Below are positions 62,845-64,000 of a DNA stretch of 64,000 bases, one piece after another; position 1 is the first letter of the stretch; the number at the start of each line of letters is the position of its first letter. Below the pieces are notes generated by a model, which did not search any database, was not told the DNA's origin, and worked only from the letters and a program-made list of their open reading frames with translations. The position numbers and the translations under genes are program-made. The stretch covers positions 48,236,001-48,300,000 of the forward strand of contig NC_088857.1 in assembly GCF_963853765.1 (NCBI RefSeq), read 5' to 3'. This DNA is from Magallana gigas. Its lineage: Eukaryota.

Positions 62845-64000
62845 CTTTTGTCTTTTGTGCAATCATTTTAGAATTATAAGAGTTCTATTTGTATGAATTT
62901 AATTCATTTATTTTAGATCCATGGTTTTAATAACGATTTCAACACAATGACTAGAAGTTTGTAAAGTATAGGATGTAATAAGATTTTTCGTTAAAATTTC
63001 GACGCTAGTTCACATCACACATATTAGATTGGTTATAAAGTAAATAAAGTTGTGTTTGTTATAAATGCTTGCAAAAAGTTACCGATATTATCTCATTCAT
63101 CTTTTTAATCAATCAGGTTTTTTTGTTATACATGTATGAGTACCCGGTAAATAATTTCTTATCGCAAGTTAATACTTTGTGAAATTCCCGCATTTATAGA
63201 GTTGCTGAATTCGGAATTGTTCTCCGGATCCACGCGCCGATAGTCTTACGTGTAGTAGTTTGTGTACACATCTACAGACAATTTTGTTGTTTGTTAGAGA
63301 TTAGGAAAAATCATGGAACTAACAAAGTAGAAGTAAAATATATTCAGACCATACACACGACGGGTTGTGATGAGTTACCAAACAGGTGTCCGTGGAAAGG
63401 TGTGAATAACGGCATCTCGAGTACACCTGTTCAGACGTCCAAATATACACACAGTTTGTTGTAAATTACAATGACACCTAACAAGACAGACAATAACACC
63501 TGTTGTGTATAGAACCCAAGATGAAAGACAATGTTGTGTATCTGATCAGCTTCCGTACAGGTGTATCGCACGAGTGATTTTTTCATGTGAAATCACGGCG
63601 CCATTACCAGCTGTACGGAAATAAAGTTGAAAGTAATTTTATGAAATGCGGGTATATTTTTAGTACATGTACAATGCTTGAATATAATTTAACAAGAGTA
63701 TGTACATGTATTTATCTATAATCTAAAATATAAAAGAGATTTTTTGTTTATTTATTGCTACATAAATAGCTGAAGTCCAAATTATTCGAGTCACCGGTAA
63801 TATGGGGTTGTTAAAATTTACTACAGCACATCAACATGTTTTAAAAAAAACAAGATCTGAAATGTTTTCATTTCTCATTTTTAATTGGTTTAAAGTAAGG
63901 CTGTAAATTAATTAATAAATCAGAAAGCGTTTTCAGATATAACAGAAAAGTAAGACGTTTAAGCTCCCGATATTTTAATCGGATCGTCAGTTTCAACATC

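Overview
AT-rich, intron-rich eukaryotic DNA. The repeat content (Helentron/HINE-type elements with ~166-bp satellite monomers, TTAA- and TA-targeting MITEs) points to an oyster (Crassostrea/Magallana-like bivalve); this assignment is inferred. Four protein-coding genes were reconstructed by hand from splice sites and reading-frame continuity. (1) A + strand transmembrane adenylyl-cyclase-like gene: 18 exons at 3000-23008, 5' end unresolved, and every canonical catalytic residue appears substituted, making it a candidate pseudo-cyclase. (2) A complete 7-coding-exon tetraspanin (-, 28259-34968). (3) A DUF229-type alkaline-phosphatase/sulfatase-superfamily gene with a single coding exon (-, 39586-41562). 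(4) The 3' part of a prolyl 3-hydroxylase/leprecan-like gene (-, 49805-61125) with two tandem 2OG-Fe(II) domains, the first degenerate. Two identical tRNA-Leu(UAG) genes lie in one intron of the cyclase-like gene. The rest is introns and intergenic DNA with many non-autonomous DNA transposons, a decayed Penelope-like RT, long palindromes and tandem repeats, three of which are built from splice-junction sequence. Most short ORFs in the supplied track are spurious. All alignments are by eye and no database searches were run.
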